A stretch of DNA of 64,000 nucleotides from Kiritimatiellia bacterium (GCA_027858965.1 JAQIBS010000018.1:18550-82549); one strand, 5' to 3'; shown: positions 38,499 through 48,436, numbered from the stretch's first letter. Made by a program: numbers and translations. Notes: generated by a model not told the origin, from the letters alone.

Positions 38499-39668
38499 AT
38501 GAAAATTACCGGAATAAAAACTTTTGTCTGTAATGCCTACCGTACCAACTGGGTGTTTGTTAAGGTGCTTACCGATGAACCTGGACTCTTTGGCTGGGGT
38601 GAGGCAACCCTGGAATACAAAGAGGATACAATTGTCTCGGCCTGTCATGATCTTGAAAGAGATATGATCGGTAAAGACCCGAGAAATATCGAGGCCATCT
38701 GGCACAGCAACTATCGTGATGCCTACTGGCGTGGTGGTCCCGTACTGATGAGTGCCATCTCGGCCGTTGATATTGCTCTTTGGGATATCCTTGGTAAGAG
38801 TCTGAATGTGCCGGTCTGGCGTCTACTGGGCGGTAAAATGCGTGATAAGGTGCCCTGTTATGCCAATGGATGGTTTGCCGGGGCTGAAGAACCTGAAGAG
38901 TTTGGAGCAAAGGCCTTGGAGGCCGTTGAAAGTGCTGGTTGGAAGGGTCTCAAATGGGATCCGTTCGGATCTGCCTATCGGAATCTGGAACCAGCGGCAT
39001 TTCGTAAGGCTATGCGTTGCATTGATGAGGTCTGCAAAGCTGTTGATGGGCGTACTGAGATTTTGATTGAGGGACATGGACGTTTTGATCTGCCAACCGC
39101 CAAGCGTATTGCTCACGCGCTTGAGGATTATAATATTCTCTGGTTTGAAGAGCCTATTATTCCCGATACCATTGAGGCGATTGCCGATTTACGCAACAGT
39201 ACCAGCGTTCCACTCTCATTTGGCGAAAGGCTTTATGGTTCCTGGCAGTTCAGATCATTACTGGAAGCACGTGGCTCTGATTATGTTCAGCCGGATGTAT
39301 CGCATGCCGGGGGTATCACCGAGCTTCGTAAGATTGCTGCTGTTGCTGAAACACATCATATTCCGATCTGTCCTCATAATCCCAGTGGACCTGTTGCTAA
39401 CGCCGCCACTCTGCAGCTGGCGGCATCACAGCCAGGATTCTATCTGCTGGAGACAATGGCAACCGATGTGCCGTGGCGTGCGGAGATCTGTAATGAAGAG
39501 GTACGTTTTGATGATGGCTGTATGTATATCAATGATAAACCCGGCCTGGGGGTTGATATCAATGAAGAGGCGATAGCTAATTATCCTTATGAACCAATTT
39601 CTCTGCGGCACTATAAGGGTACTCTTACGCATATCCGTCCTGATAACGCCACCTCATATTTCAAGTAG
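38499..39668 (+). CDS. dgoD: Galactonate-dehydratase-like enolase-superfamily sugar-acid dehydratase
   Basis: Motifs GWGEATLE, YWRGGPVLMSAISAVDIALWDILGK, KWD, EEP, GERL, QPDVSHAGGITE, PHNP. Exact substrate uncertain. Confidence 0.7.
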   Translation: MKITGIKTFVCNAYRTNWVFVKVLTDEPGLFGWGEATLEYKEDTIVSACHDLERDMIGKDPRNIEAIWHSNYRDAYWRGGPVLMSAISAVDIALWDILGKSLNVPVWRLLGGKMRDKVPCYANGWFAGAEEPEEFGAKALEAVESAGWKGLKWDPFGSAYRNLEPAAFRKAMRCIDEVCKAVDGRTEILIEGHGRFDLPTAKRIAHALEDYNILWFEEPIIPDTIEAIADLRNSTSVPLSFGERLYGSWQFRSLLEARGSDYVQPDVSHAGGITELRKIAAVAETHHIPICPHNPSGPVANAATLQLAASQPGFYLLETMATDVPWRAEICNEEVRFDDGCMYINDKPGLGVDINEEAIANYPYEPISLRHYKGTLTHIRPDNATSYFK

Positions 39669-39787
39669 TGTATTGATTTTTGCTCTTTTGAACGTTAAAA
39701 TAATGCCATTACATTGTTAAAAGTTGTTTTAGTTTAACGGAACTATGATCTGATGGCATGAGTTTTGAATAAGAAGGGGTAAAAATT

Positions 39788-41500
39788 ATGAAGAACGGTT
39801 TGTTTGTTAGTAATCTCGTAATCGGGGTGTTCATTCTGACGTTCTCTACTGTTACAGCTGAGGTCGATTACGGAGAACCGCCGGTGATTGCGCCTTTCCC
39901 GGCAAAGCTTGATTCGCATTGCATTAATAAATGGTGGAAGCACCTGCCCAAGCAAGGAACAAACAAACGCGGGCGTCCTTTTAAAATTGTGGATATCGAT
40001 GTGCCGCGTGATCAGGTGGTCTGCTTTGGTATGTATACGGTTCAGAAGGGCGTAATGAAAATGACCGCTCAGCTTTTTCCGCTCTATCCAAAAGAGAGCC
40101 GTACTGTGCGTCTGGAGCTCAAGCGGAATGACCAATGGAAAGAGGTCCAGACGCAGACTGTGAATGATATCGGTTGGTCGGCCCTTTTTAGAATCGAGAG
40201 CTGGGATCAATCTAAGGATGTACCCTATCGTTTACGCCACGGCAAAAATGCTATGTTTGAGGGGCTGATTCGTAAGGATCCTGTTGACAAGGATGAGATT
40301 GTGGTCGGTTCTCTGAATTGCAACTCAAATGCCAATCGCAAACCACGAACTGACATTGTTAATAATATTAAATATTTCAACCCGGATCTGCTCTACTTCG
40401 CAGGAGATCAGAGCTATGACCATATTCAGCATACCTCGGCCTGGTTGCTTTTCGGATTGCATTTCAGAGAGGTTTTTAAAGATAGGCCCTGTATTACAAT
40501 TCCTGATGATCATGATGTGGGCCATGGTAATCTCTGGGGTGAGGGCGGCAAGAAATCAACGACTCCAGCCGGACATGATGGTGGCTATTTTTATCACCAT
40601 GAGTATGTGAAGATGGTGGAACGCTGTCAGACATCTCATCTGCCTGACCCTGATGATCCAACACCTGTATTGCAGGGTATAGGTGTTTATTATACCAGTT
40701 TGACCCTTGGCGGTATCGATTTTGCCATTGTGGAGGATCGCAAGTTTAAAAGCGGACCATCTGGAAAGATTCCGCAGATGGGGCCGCGTCCTGATCATGT
40801 TCGTGATCCCAATTATGATCCAGCCAAGATAGATCTTCCGGGATTGAAACTGCTTGGTGACCGTCAGCTTCTGTTCCTGAAAGATTGGGGTCAGCAGTGG
40901 GATAATGTCAGTATGAAAGTTGTTCTTTCCCAGACCGGATTCTGCGGCGGCGCCCATCGTCATGGTAATTATGAAAATCTGCTGCATGCGGATCTGGACA
41001 GCAATGGCTGGCCACAGACAGGACGCAATAAAGCCCTGCAGGCAATTCAGGATGCAGGCGCTGTCCACCTGGCTGGTGATCAGCATATTACAACATTGAT
41101 ACGTCATGGCATTAAAGAGTTCGGAGATGGCCCTTTTGCTTTTGTTGCTCCGGCTATTGTTAATAATTATTATAAACGCTGGTGGGAGCCTGCAGATAAA
41201 AAACCCGGTGCTAATCGCGAGAAGAACAGCCCTCTGCCATATACCGGTGATTACCTGGATGGCTTTAATAATAAAATTACGATGTATGCATATGCCAATC
41301 CGGAAGAGAAGGTCCAGCGAGGAGGTTTCGGTCTGGTTCGTTTCAATAAAAAGGAGCGAACGATTACCTTTGAAAGCTGGGATCGTGAGATTGATGCAAC
41401 TCGCCCGGATGCTAAACCAATGTCTGGCTGGCCACGTACAATCAAAGAGGTCGGCAAAAAAGGCAAGGCTCCTATCTGGGATATCCTTCCATTACAGTAA
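39788..41500 (+). CDS. PhoD-like metallophosphoesterase, secreted
   Basis: Motifs FAGDQSY, PDDHDV, DLDSNGW, LAGDQH. Confidence 0.75.
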   Translation: MKNGLFVSNLVIGVFILTFSTVTAEVDYGEPPVIAPFPAKLDSHCINKWWKHLPKQGTNKRGRPFKIVDIDVPRDQVVCFGMYTVQKGVMKMTAQLFPLYPKESRTVRLELKRNDQWKEVQTQTVNDIGWSALFRIESWDQSKDVPYRLRHGKNAMFEGLIRKDPVDKDEIVVGSLNCNSNANRKPRTDIVNNIKYFNPDLLYFAGDQSYDHIQHTSAWLLFGLHFREVFKDRPCITIPDDHDVGHGNLWGEGGKKSTTPAGHDGGYFYHHEYVKMVERCQTSHLPDPDDPTPVLQGIGVYYTSLTLGGIDFAIVEDRKFKSGPSGKIPQMGPRPDHVRDPNYDPAKIDLPGLKLLGDRQLLFLKDWGQQWDNVSMKVVLSQTGFCGGAHRHGNYENLLHADLDSNGWPQTGRNKALQAIQDAGAVHLAGDQHITTLIRHGIKEFGDGPFAFVAPAIVNNYYKRWWEPADKKPGANREKNSPLPYTGDYLDGFNNKITMYAYANPEEKVQRGGFGLVRFNKKERTITFESWDREIDATRPDAKPMSGWPRTIKEVGKKGKAPIWDILPLQ

Positions 41501-41504
41501 TCAT

Positions 41505-41665
41505 CTTGTTTTTAATGCACGTTTTTTGTCTCTCACAGAGGCACAGAGTTCACAGAGTAATATCTTTAGTGGTTTTCTCTCCGTGTTCTGTGAGAAATAA
41601 TTCTTGGAGCAGTAATATCCTGTTAATCCTGTCAGAAAATTTGGTTGCGGCTATGCTGCGCTACG
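41505..41665 (-). mobile_element. Complete member of the conserved-end / variable-core element family
   Basis: Reverse complement: TAGCGCAGCATAGCCGCAACCAAA...ACAGGATTA arms...CACAGA/CTCTGTG arms...AAAAAACGTGCATTAAAAACAAG. Confidence 0.7.
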
Positions 41666-41717
41666 AACTTCTTGGTAAGAAAATTGGGTAGAGGGCGGAG
41701 CCCGGGTTAGGTATATT

Positions 41718-42260
41718 TTGAAAAAGTTTGTGACAGCACTTTTGGTTATTGCAGTTCTGGCTATTCTCTACTGGATAGAAATCAGCAAGATCGAGCTGCG
41801 TGATGCCGGTCTGATGCCGACGCTTGACAACCTTGAAAACGACTCAAATGGAGCGCTGTGGGATCTGTTCTATCGGGTTCGGGTTACCATTATTGATGGC
41901 AGAAGAGCATCATTTAGTATACCCTCCCAGCTGAAATCTATGGACGGGGAACTCATTTCTATTCAGGGTGCCGTTGCTTTCAGGGGGGATGGCGCACGGA
42001 TATTTGATGATGAATATGTGGCCGTTTCTTTCTTTGATATTGTTCCGCTGACTGGTATGACCTATGGGTGTGATACAATGCCTGATGTCGAGATGCGCTG
42101 GACAATTGTGGCCAATTTGAGTAAAGAGTGGATACTCTCCCGTGAGGAGATGATTGATGCACGGGCCAAGGTGCAGGGGCGTTTTCGTATTGATACATCA
42201 CAACCCTATAATGCGGCCTTCTTTATTGATGAGGCCAAGGCCGAGCTGATTTCTGAGTAA
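41718..42260 (+). CDS. Membrane-anchored hypothetical protein (DUF3299-like OB-fold)
   Basis: N-terminal TM; IPSQLKSMDGELISIQG and VQGRFRI patterns; lies upstream of a metal permease. Confidence 0.5.
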   Translation: MKKFVTALLVIAVLAILYWIEISKIELRDAGLMPTLDNLENDSNGALWDLFYRVRVTIIDGRRASFSIPSQLKSMDGELISIQGAVAFRGDGARIFDDEYVAVSFFDIVPLTGMTYGCDTMPDVEMRWTIVANLSKEWILSREEMIDARAKVQGRFRIDTSQPYNAAFFIDEAKAELISE

Positions 42261-42338
42261 TAGTAGCTGTTAACTTGGATATTGGAAGTTCCGTGTTGGA
42301 TATTGGATATTTAATTACTAGCGTCCTATTGGGACGTA

Positions 42339-42477
42339 GAGGCTTGAGGCTTTAGACTATAGGCTGTTGGGCGAAAAGCGCTTTGCAATTGTTTGAAATT
42401 ATCAAACGATCTTTAAAAAGGAAGTGTATGAAATTGTGATTTTCCTAAAGCCTAAAGCCTAACCACCTAAAGCCTAA
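42339..42477. repeat. Inverted tandem 7-8-mer arms (TAGGCTT vs CCTAAAG)
   Basis: GGCTTGAGGCTTTAGACTATAGGCTG...CCTAAAGCCTAAAGCCTAACCACCTAAAGCCTAA. Confidence 0.75.
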
Positions 42478-42483
42478 CGGACT

Positions 42484-42530
42484 GCATCCTACTTGTCAGG
42501 GCGTAGCCTTGGCGAAGACTGATGGGATGC
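42484..42530. repeat. 47-bp dispersed hairpin repeat (copy at 49806-49852)
   Basis: GCATCCTACTTGTCAGGGCGTAGCCTTGGCGAAGACTGATGGGATGC. Confidence 0.85.
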
Positions 42531-42565
42531 CTGTGGATTTCATTACGGAGGAAAGCAACTTTAGT

Positions 42566-43762
42566 ATGCTGAAAATTTTATTTAATACATTGCTGGAATC
42601 AGCGCCGTATATTGTGCTCGGTTTTCTCATTGCCGGTTCTGTCAGAACCTGGGTGCCGCACCTTACATTAAAACGACATCTGGGGGGAAGCGGTTTTCAG
42701 GCGCTTTTAAAATCTGTGGGCGTTGGTTGTGTGTTGCCAATTTGCTCGTGTGGAACCATTCCTCTCGGGTTGGGTCTCTATCGTTGCGGAGCTGCCACCG
42801 GTAATGTTCTGGCTTTCATGACATCTGCTCCCGTCTTATCTCCCATATTGGTGTTGCTCTCACTCCGATTGCTTGGGAGTAAAGTCACGTTGGTTCTTCT
42901 CCTCTCAGCACTGTTCAGCTCTTTTTTAATCGGCGTGCTGGGTAATCGTCTTTTTGGCATTAAAGCGGATATTGAAGAAGATAATCTCTCTTTATCCTGT
43001 GATGACTGTAATTGTATGGAGGATAGAACTTTTGGTGTTAGAGTTAAAGAGTGCGTCCGATGGTCCTTTTTTGATCTTGGTGCGGAGGTCAGTATTGACA
43101 TAGTGATAGGTCTGTGTGTTGCTTCATTACTGCTGGCTGTACTGCCGCTGGAGTGGATATCCACCTGGTTGGGGCAACAGGACCTTTCGACTCTGCTTTA
43201 CGTGGTTATTCTTGGCATACCTGTTTATGCCTGTAGTATACCATCCATACCTGTTGTGCAGGGATTGTTGCTGATGGGCGCCAGCCCCGGAGCCGGCGTT
43301 GCATATATGCTGGCCGGTCCTGCAACTAACCTCGGTGAGCTGAATGCGATCCGACATTTAATGGGTTGGAAAACAATGGCCTTTTATACATTGATGCTGG
43401 TGGTAATGGCGCTTGCGGCCGGGGTGATTACGGATCAGTTTATTTTTCCGGATTATCAGTATCATGCGTATAGACAACAGGGGAATCTGATTGTTAAACA
43501 GTGCTGTGTGCCTCTGATGTTCGGCGATACAATGGGGGATCAGATTATCGGCAATATTACATCACCTGTTTGGCACTGGCCGTTCGGAATTACACTGATT
43601 TTTGTGATCGGTTGCGGAGTTTTCAAAAAGTTGAAGTATTTCTTTTTAAATCCCTGTCTGGGGTGTACACGTCTTGAATTTATGGAAGGTAAATGCGGAG
43701 GAAAGTGTCATGTGAGGCGCAAATATGATTTACTGAGCTGGATATGGAAAAAGCCGCATTGA
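42566..43762 (+). CDS. ArsP/DUF318-family permease (Cu/Zn efflux-like)
   Basis: Motifs ESAPY, LPICSCG.IP, FMTSAP, GIPVYACS, GPATN. Confidence 0.85.
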   Translation: MLKILFNTLLESAPYIVLGFLIAGSVRTWVPHLTLKRHLGGSGFQALLKSVGVGCVLPICSCGTIPLGLGLYRCGAATGNVLAFMTSAPVLSPILVLLSLRLLGSKVTLVLLLSALFSSFLIGVLGNRLFGIKADIEEDNLSLSCDDCNCMEDRTFGVRVKECVRWSFFDLGAEVSIDIVIGLCVASLLLAVLPLEWISTWLGQQDLSTLLYVVILGIPVYACSIPSIPVVQGLLLMGASPGAGVAYMLAGPATNLGELNAIRHLMGWKTMAFYTLMLVVMALAAGVITDQFIFPDYQYHAYRQQGNLIVKQCCVPLMFGDTMGDQIIGNITSPVWHWPFGITLIFVIGCGVFKKLKYFFLNPCLGCTRLEFMEGKCGGKCHVRRKYDLLSWIWKKPH

Positions 43763-43801
43763 TTGTCAGGCGTTGTATGGGCGCATCCTGCTTGTTTTGT
43801 T

Positions 43802-43959
43802 AAGCCCGAAGGGCTGATATTATTGTATACAAACAATTTTAATCCAGGTGGAACCCCGAAGGTGGTGACATTATAACAAGCGCTCAGAAATAATTTCACC
43901 CTTTCAGGGTTTATAGATGTTTAATATGGCAACTACAATAATTTCAACCCGTCGGGTTT
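43802..43959. repeat. REP-like cluster of CCCGAAGGG / CCCTTTCAGGG palindromes
   Basis: AGCCCGAAGGGCT, ACCCCGAAGGTGGT, ACCCTTTCAGGGT, AACCCGTCGGGTT arranged as an inverted pair. Confidence 0.6.
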
Positions 43960-44116
43960 ATTTTATATAATAACTGCGCGCAACATAAGCTGACTTGCGC
44001 CCAGCGGCAGATTCATTAGGATATTCTTATGGTGAAATTTGGCTGAATCGGTTAAAGTTATTTTAAGTTAAGAAATCAGAAAACCTCTTTCACAGGGTTT
44101 GGTTATAAAAGGATAA

Positions 44117-44536
44117 ATGATGTTAAGATCAGAGAGAGATGCTTTAAAAACAGGAATACCTATAATTGACAAGCAGCATGATGAGTATGCTGACCTGGTT
44201 GATAGTTTCTTTAAAATGGCTGAACAGGGGAATGTTTCTAGAGCGGCTCTCGCTCTCGAGATGAATAAGGTGTTGAAGTATGCCATTGAGCACTTTGATA
44301 CAGAGGAGCAGTTTATGCGTTCATTGAATTATCCACATTACGAGGAGCATTATACCAAGCATAATATCTTTCGTGATAGAACTGACAGCTGTTGTGTTGA
44401 GATTGAGAGTGCTTGCGATATAGATGTCTGTGCCATCACGATGAGCAAGTGGTTGATTAACTGGTTCTGTGATCAGGTACAGACCGATGATATGAAGTTA
44501 GCTGAGTTTGTTAAGTCACAAAATTGGGTGATCTAG
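44117..44536 (+). CDS. Bacteriohemerythrin
   Basis: Motifs TGIPIIDKQH, EHFDTEE, YPHYEEH..H, D.KL. Confidence 0.9.
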   Translation: MMLRSERDALKTGIPIIDKQHDEYADLVDSFFKMAEQGNVSRAALALEMNKVLKYAIEHFDTEEQFMRSLNYPHYEEHYTKHNIFRDRTDSCCVEIESACDIDVCAITMSKWLINWFCDQVQTDDMKLAEFVKSQNWVI

Positions 44537-44546
44537 GAATTTTCAT

Positions 44547-45905
44547 ATGCGATTTTTAATAGCAACTTTGTTTTTTTCTCTTTCATTATCTGGATTTGCA
44601 GTTGATTTTACAGGTCCTGGAGGATGGTCTCTTGTCAATACTAATGCCGTTAAAAACTGGCAGGAGAGTCATGCTGATAAAAGTACGCTGGCCTTGAGAG
44701 GCGTGGTTGCCGATAAAGCCAAACGTGAGGTGCGTCTGCTGGCTGAGGCCGTCGGACATTCAGGAGGCACGACTACCGAGTTTCTGATGGTCGGCCCGGG
44801 GAGTGATCGCGCTTATGAAGCGGCTGCCGTTACAGTTGCCTCGCCAGGGGATATTGTTAAAGCTGTGGAGTCTCTTGGAATAAAGCGGGGTGCGTGTGTT
44901 GACAGCACTCAGTTCAGATTCTGGTCATTTGGTGAACGTTTTCAGATCTATATTAGAAGAATGGATGTCGATGGGGCTGAAGAGCGTCTGTTCAGTTCAA
45001 TTCTTAAAGACAGTGAACCGGATAAATCATTCTTAGCCGATGGTTTTGTTTTTACAGGAGGCGATTGGGAAAGTGTGGATGAAAAATCTCGCTGTCTGAC
45101 CGATTCGGAAGCGCCCTGTTCCGTTGTCTCCCTTTATAATGAGAGCAGTTCTATCTTTGATCTACCGCAGCAGGTTGGTCAGAGTCAGGTTTATGGTCGA
45201 TTGACTCTAGTGGAAAAAATACCCTATGGAACCCTGTTGGAGGTGATTTTACGTCCGATGAATAGCGATTTAAAGGTGCTTCCTCTTGAAGTGAAAGCTA
45301 TGGCTGTGGATGGCGCCCTGCATTTGAATACAAAGTGTGAGCGAGCAGGAGTAGAGCGCAGTGAGGCTGTTGATAGTGCTATTGCATGGATGCGATCACA
45401 GACAGAAGCTGGTAAAGATATATTCGTTACACTTGAATTTGATATGAGCCTTAGCTTGAAACAGGCCCGTGATGCAGCTAATCTTTTTAAAATTCTTGAT
45501 GGTACCGGTTTGAAACTCTATGGCAGGGCAACCAAGGGTCTCTATTATCAGGCGTTATTGCCGCAGGAGAGTTGGCGCAAAAGAGAGGGGCGTAATCCAC
45601 AACCTTTTGAAGTCACTATTACCCGTGAAACATCGGGAGCTCTTAAGAAAAAACTGGTTTTTATTGAAGAGGACTGGAGTGGCGAGGGGCTTGACCCTAA
45701 GCTGACACCTAAGGAGTATCCTTTTGAAGATTGGTCTGAACTGGAACCTCTTGTGATTAAGGTCGGGGGGGCTGATAATAAGGTGGCTGTCCTGTTTTTC
45801 TTTGTGCCCTCCGATATGAAGCTTTCCGAGTTTATGCCCGGTGTAAATGCTTTGAGTAAACGTCTGCCTCTGGTTCATGTTTTTGCTGACCCTTCCATAC
45901 AGTAA
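44547..45905 (+). CDS. Secreted hypothetical protein (YdjY-like domain)
   Basis: Signal peptide; EFLMV...AYEA and FVFTG patterns. Confidence 0.5.
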   Translation: MRFLIATLFFSLSLSGFAVDFTGPGGWSLVNTNAVKNWQESHADKSTLALRGVVADKAKREVRLLAEAVGHSGGTTTEFLMVGPGSDRAYEAAAVTVASPGDIVKAVESLGIKRGACVDSTQFRFWSFGERFQIYIRRMDVDGAEERLFSSILKDSEPDKSFLADGFVFTGGDWESVDEKSRCLTDSEAPCSVVSLYNESSSIFDLPQQVGQSQVYGRLTLVEKIPYGTLLEVILRPMNSDLKVLPLEVKAMAVDGALHLNTKCERAGVERSEAVDSAIAWMRSQTEAGKDIFVTLEFDMSLSLKQARDAANLFKILDGTGLKLYGRATKGLYYQALLPQESWRKREGRNPQPFEVTITRETSGALKKKLVFIEEDWSGEGLDPKLTPKEYPFEDWSELEPLVIKVGGADNKVAVLFFFVPSDMKLSEFMPGVNALSKRLPLVHVFADPSIQ

Positions 45906-45938
45906 GTGCTTGAATCGGTGCAATCAACATCATTAAAA

Positions 45939-46034
45939 GTAGCCCAAGCATCCTGCTTGGTTTATTATTAAGGCAAGCAGGATGCTTGCACTACTTTATT
46001 TTGCATTAATTCACTTGCGGGAGATTCAACGGAA
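45939..46034. repeat. REP doublet plus flank, inverted copy of 4189-4288
   Basis: GTAGCCCAAGCATCCTGCTTGG...GCAAGCAGGATGCTTGCACTAC...TGCATTAATTCACTTGC...TCAACGGAA. Confidence 0.85.
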
Positions 46035-46133
46035 TTTGCGCTGGATTTTTTAGTACTTCTAATACTTGTGTTATCGTTGCAAGATTGATACTATGTACAA
46101 GTAAACAATAAAACAACTAAAGGAGATATAACT

Positions 46134-46712
46134 ATGGCTTCTATAAAAGGAACCCAGACTGAGAAGAATGTCTTAACTGCATTTGCCGGTGAGTCTGCAG
46201 CACGTAATCGTTATACATATTGGGCATCCAAGGCTACAAAAGATGGCTATGTTCAGATCTCAGCAATTTTTGAAGAGACCGCCGCTCAGGAAAAAGAGCA
46301 TGCTAAACGCCTTTTCAAGTTTCTTGAGGGTGGTGAAGTAGAGATTAATATCGGACTTCCTGCCGGTGTTATTGGTGACACACTTGATAATCTTAAAGAT
46401 GCGGCAACTGGTGAAGAGCATGAGTGGCAGCATATGTACCCTGACTTTGCAAAAGTCGCTCGTGAAGAGGGTTTTGGGGTGATTGCAAAAGCAATGGAGA
46501 GCATTGCTGTTGCCGAGAAATTCCATGGTGAACGCTATCGCGCTCTGGCTGCCAATATAGAGAATGGCGTTGTTTTTAAACGCGACTCAGAGCAGACCGT
46601 CTGGCGTTGCCGTAACTGTGGTTACCTTCACGTTGGTAGCGAAGCTATATCTGTATGTCCTGCATGTATACATCCTCAGGCTCATTTTGAGTTGCAGCCT
46701 ATCAACTGGTAG
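46134..46712 (+). CDS. rbr: Rubrerythrin
   Basis: Motifs AFAGESAARNRY, EKEHA, GEEHE, EKFH; C-terminal CRNC...CPAC.HP. Confidence 0.95.
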   Translation: MASIKGTQTEKNVLTAFAGESAARNRYTYWASKATKDGYVQISAIFEETAAQEKEHAKRLFKFLEGGEVEINIGLPAGVIGDTLDNLKDAATGEEHEWQHMYPDFAKVAREEGFGVIAKAMESIAVAEKFHGERYRALAANIENGVVFKRDSEQTVWRCRNCGYLHVGSEAISVCPACIHPQAHFELQPINW

Positions 46713-46752
46713 TTGAAAACGTTCAAGGCGTTGAAGTCGAGGGCGGAATGAT

Positions 46753-46787
46753 AAAAAAGAGCGAAGGAATAAACCTTCGCTCTTTTT
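46753..46787 (+). terminator. Intrinsic terminator of rbr
   Basis: AAAAAAGAGCGAAGG-AATAAA-CCTTCGCTCTTTTT. Confidence 0.85.
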
Positions 46788-46940
46788 ATGTTCAGAATTT
46801 GACTGACTTCGCGGAGCGCTACCTTTAATTCAATGTTGGACGTTCGAACTTGCGGGACATCAGCGTTAGGCCCTTCACCGAAGGGCAAGACAAACAAGTT
46901 GGTCGTTAAAAACATGTTGTCGGTGGGTTCATTTCGTTAT

Positions 46941-47025
46941 GGGCATAGCGCATAGGGCAGAGCGCATAGCGTTGTTTGGCAACGCTGATTCTTCTCCATG
47001 CGCTATGCTCTCTGCGCTATGCCGT
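46941..47025. repeat. Inverted tandem 7-mer hairpin (GCATAGC vs GCTATGC)
   Basis: GGGCATAGCGCATAGGGCAGAGCGCATAGCG...CATGCGCTATGCTCTCTGCGCTATGCC. Confidence 0.85.
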
Positions 47026-47131
47026 TCGTGCGTAGCACGGATATAGTAGCTATTCGCTCAACTACTGTTACAAAAAACAAGAAATTCGCGATAGTTAAAG
47101 TGGTTAAAATTGCATTGGTTAACATTCGGTT

Positions 47132-47809
47132 TTATTTTACGTTCCAGTGCTTTTTATCTACAAGAATCCAATGCCCATATCTTCTTCTGAAAGTAAGTGC
47201 CTCTCCTTTGCCACTCTTAATGTCATACTCTACCCCGGTTTTTATCCAGGCAGTTGTTCTGTTATAGAATTTAATATGTAAAATTCTTTTGTCTGTATAA
47301 ATATCAGTGTGTTCAATTATCTTAATGATAGAGTTGATTTCGTGTGCATTTTCTGGAAAGCGTTTTAGTATCTCTCTCTTGAAAAAAAGATTATGTTTGT
47401 GTGCAAATCTTTCAAGCGTACTCATATTGCCTTTTTTCATCAGCTTTGTCTGGGCAATTTGCTTTCTTAATTGATAACGCTCGTTCTTCAGGTGTTTGAA
47501 ATCACGTATTCTGTAATAGCCATTTTTGTTTTTGCCCTGCCTGGTTTGTTCAGCAGCTTCTTTCAGCATGATATTGATTTTTTTTGTTAGGTTATTTTGC
47601 TGTTCCTTCAGTTGTGTAAGCCTGTCGTCAATTGCCTGATTTGAATGAGGCCAATATGGCTGAATGCTTATAGGAGCTTTGCACCCGAAATCTATTTTTG
47701 CTAGCTGTTTGTTCAGAATAGCATTTTTGTATAAATAGATGCCTGTGCCAATAGATGCAATAAGAGAGAGTATGATCAGCGTCTTGAGCAGGGTTTTGTT
47801 TTTTGCCAT
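47132..47809 (-). CDS. Hypothetical membrane-anchored basic protein
   Basis: 225-aa ORF, N-terminal TM, coiled coil, AT-rich. Confidence 0.6.
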   Translation of the reverse strand: MAKNKTLLKTLIILSLIASIGTGIYLYKNAILNKQLAKIDFGCKAPISIQPYWPHSNQAIDDRLTQLKEQQNNLTKKINIMLKEAAEQTRQGKNKNGYYRIRDFKHLKNERYQLRKQIAQTKLMKKGNMSTLERFAHKHNLFFKREILKRFPENAHEINSIIKIIEHTDIYTDKRILHIKFYNRTTAWIKTGVEYDIKSGKGEALTFRRRYGHWILVDKKHWNVK

Positions 47810-47974
47810 TTCTGTAACTTTCGTTTATCCAGAAAGCTAGTTTTGCAGGGTTGCCATATGACTAGTTGGATGCGTTTATTTTACTGTTATTGATCCTGTT
47901 TGTCAAATCAGATCCCCGGATGGATTATTGCATGCATCCCGTTATCGTTTTGTGTCTTTCCTTGTTGCCGAGGT

Positions 47975-48436
47975 TTATACCTCGACCAATCCCAAGGGTT
48001 TCGCCGTGCGCCATGCGCCGCGTGTGAAATCCGGCACCTCGACAGCGCTGCCGCCTTGCAACACCGAGCGTTCGGTTAACTCCACCAGTGAACTCCACGT
48101 CACGCCGTCATACACGTCCTGATCTAGAGGCAAGCCATTCAGCAGACAATGGCAAAGGCGGTACGTCATGACGTAGTCCATGCCGCCATGACCGCCATGG
48201 TTCTTGGCTAGCTCGCCAATCTTCCGCCACAGCGGATGGGTATATTTCGCCTTCAGCTCAGCCAGTGCTTGATCGTTCAGCCAAGCATGCGGCGCTGGTT
48301 CAAGAGCCACACGCAATGGATAAGAGCGAAGCGTACCTTTGGTTCCGGAGATTAGATTGATGCGATCATACGGGCGTGGGCTATAGCGACCGTACTGCAC
48401 CATGATTGTACGGCCCTTCACGGTCTTGATGATTGA
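47975..48436 (-). pseudogene. C-terminal fragment of a GH109-like (Gfo/Idh/MocA) glycosidase
   Basis: SIIKTVKGRTIMVQ..SPRPYDR, HGGHGGMDY, GLPLDQDVYD, PDFTRG.W; the N-terminal Rossmann domain is absent and the fragment is cut at a repeat. Confidence 0.8.
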
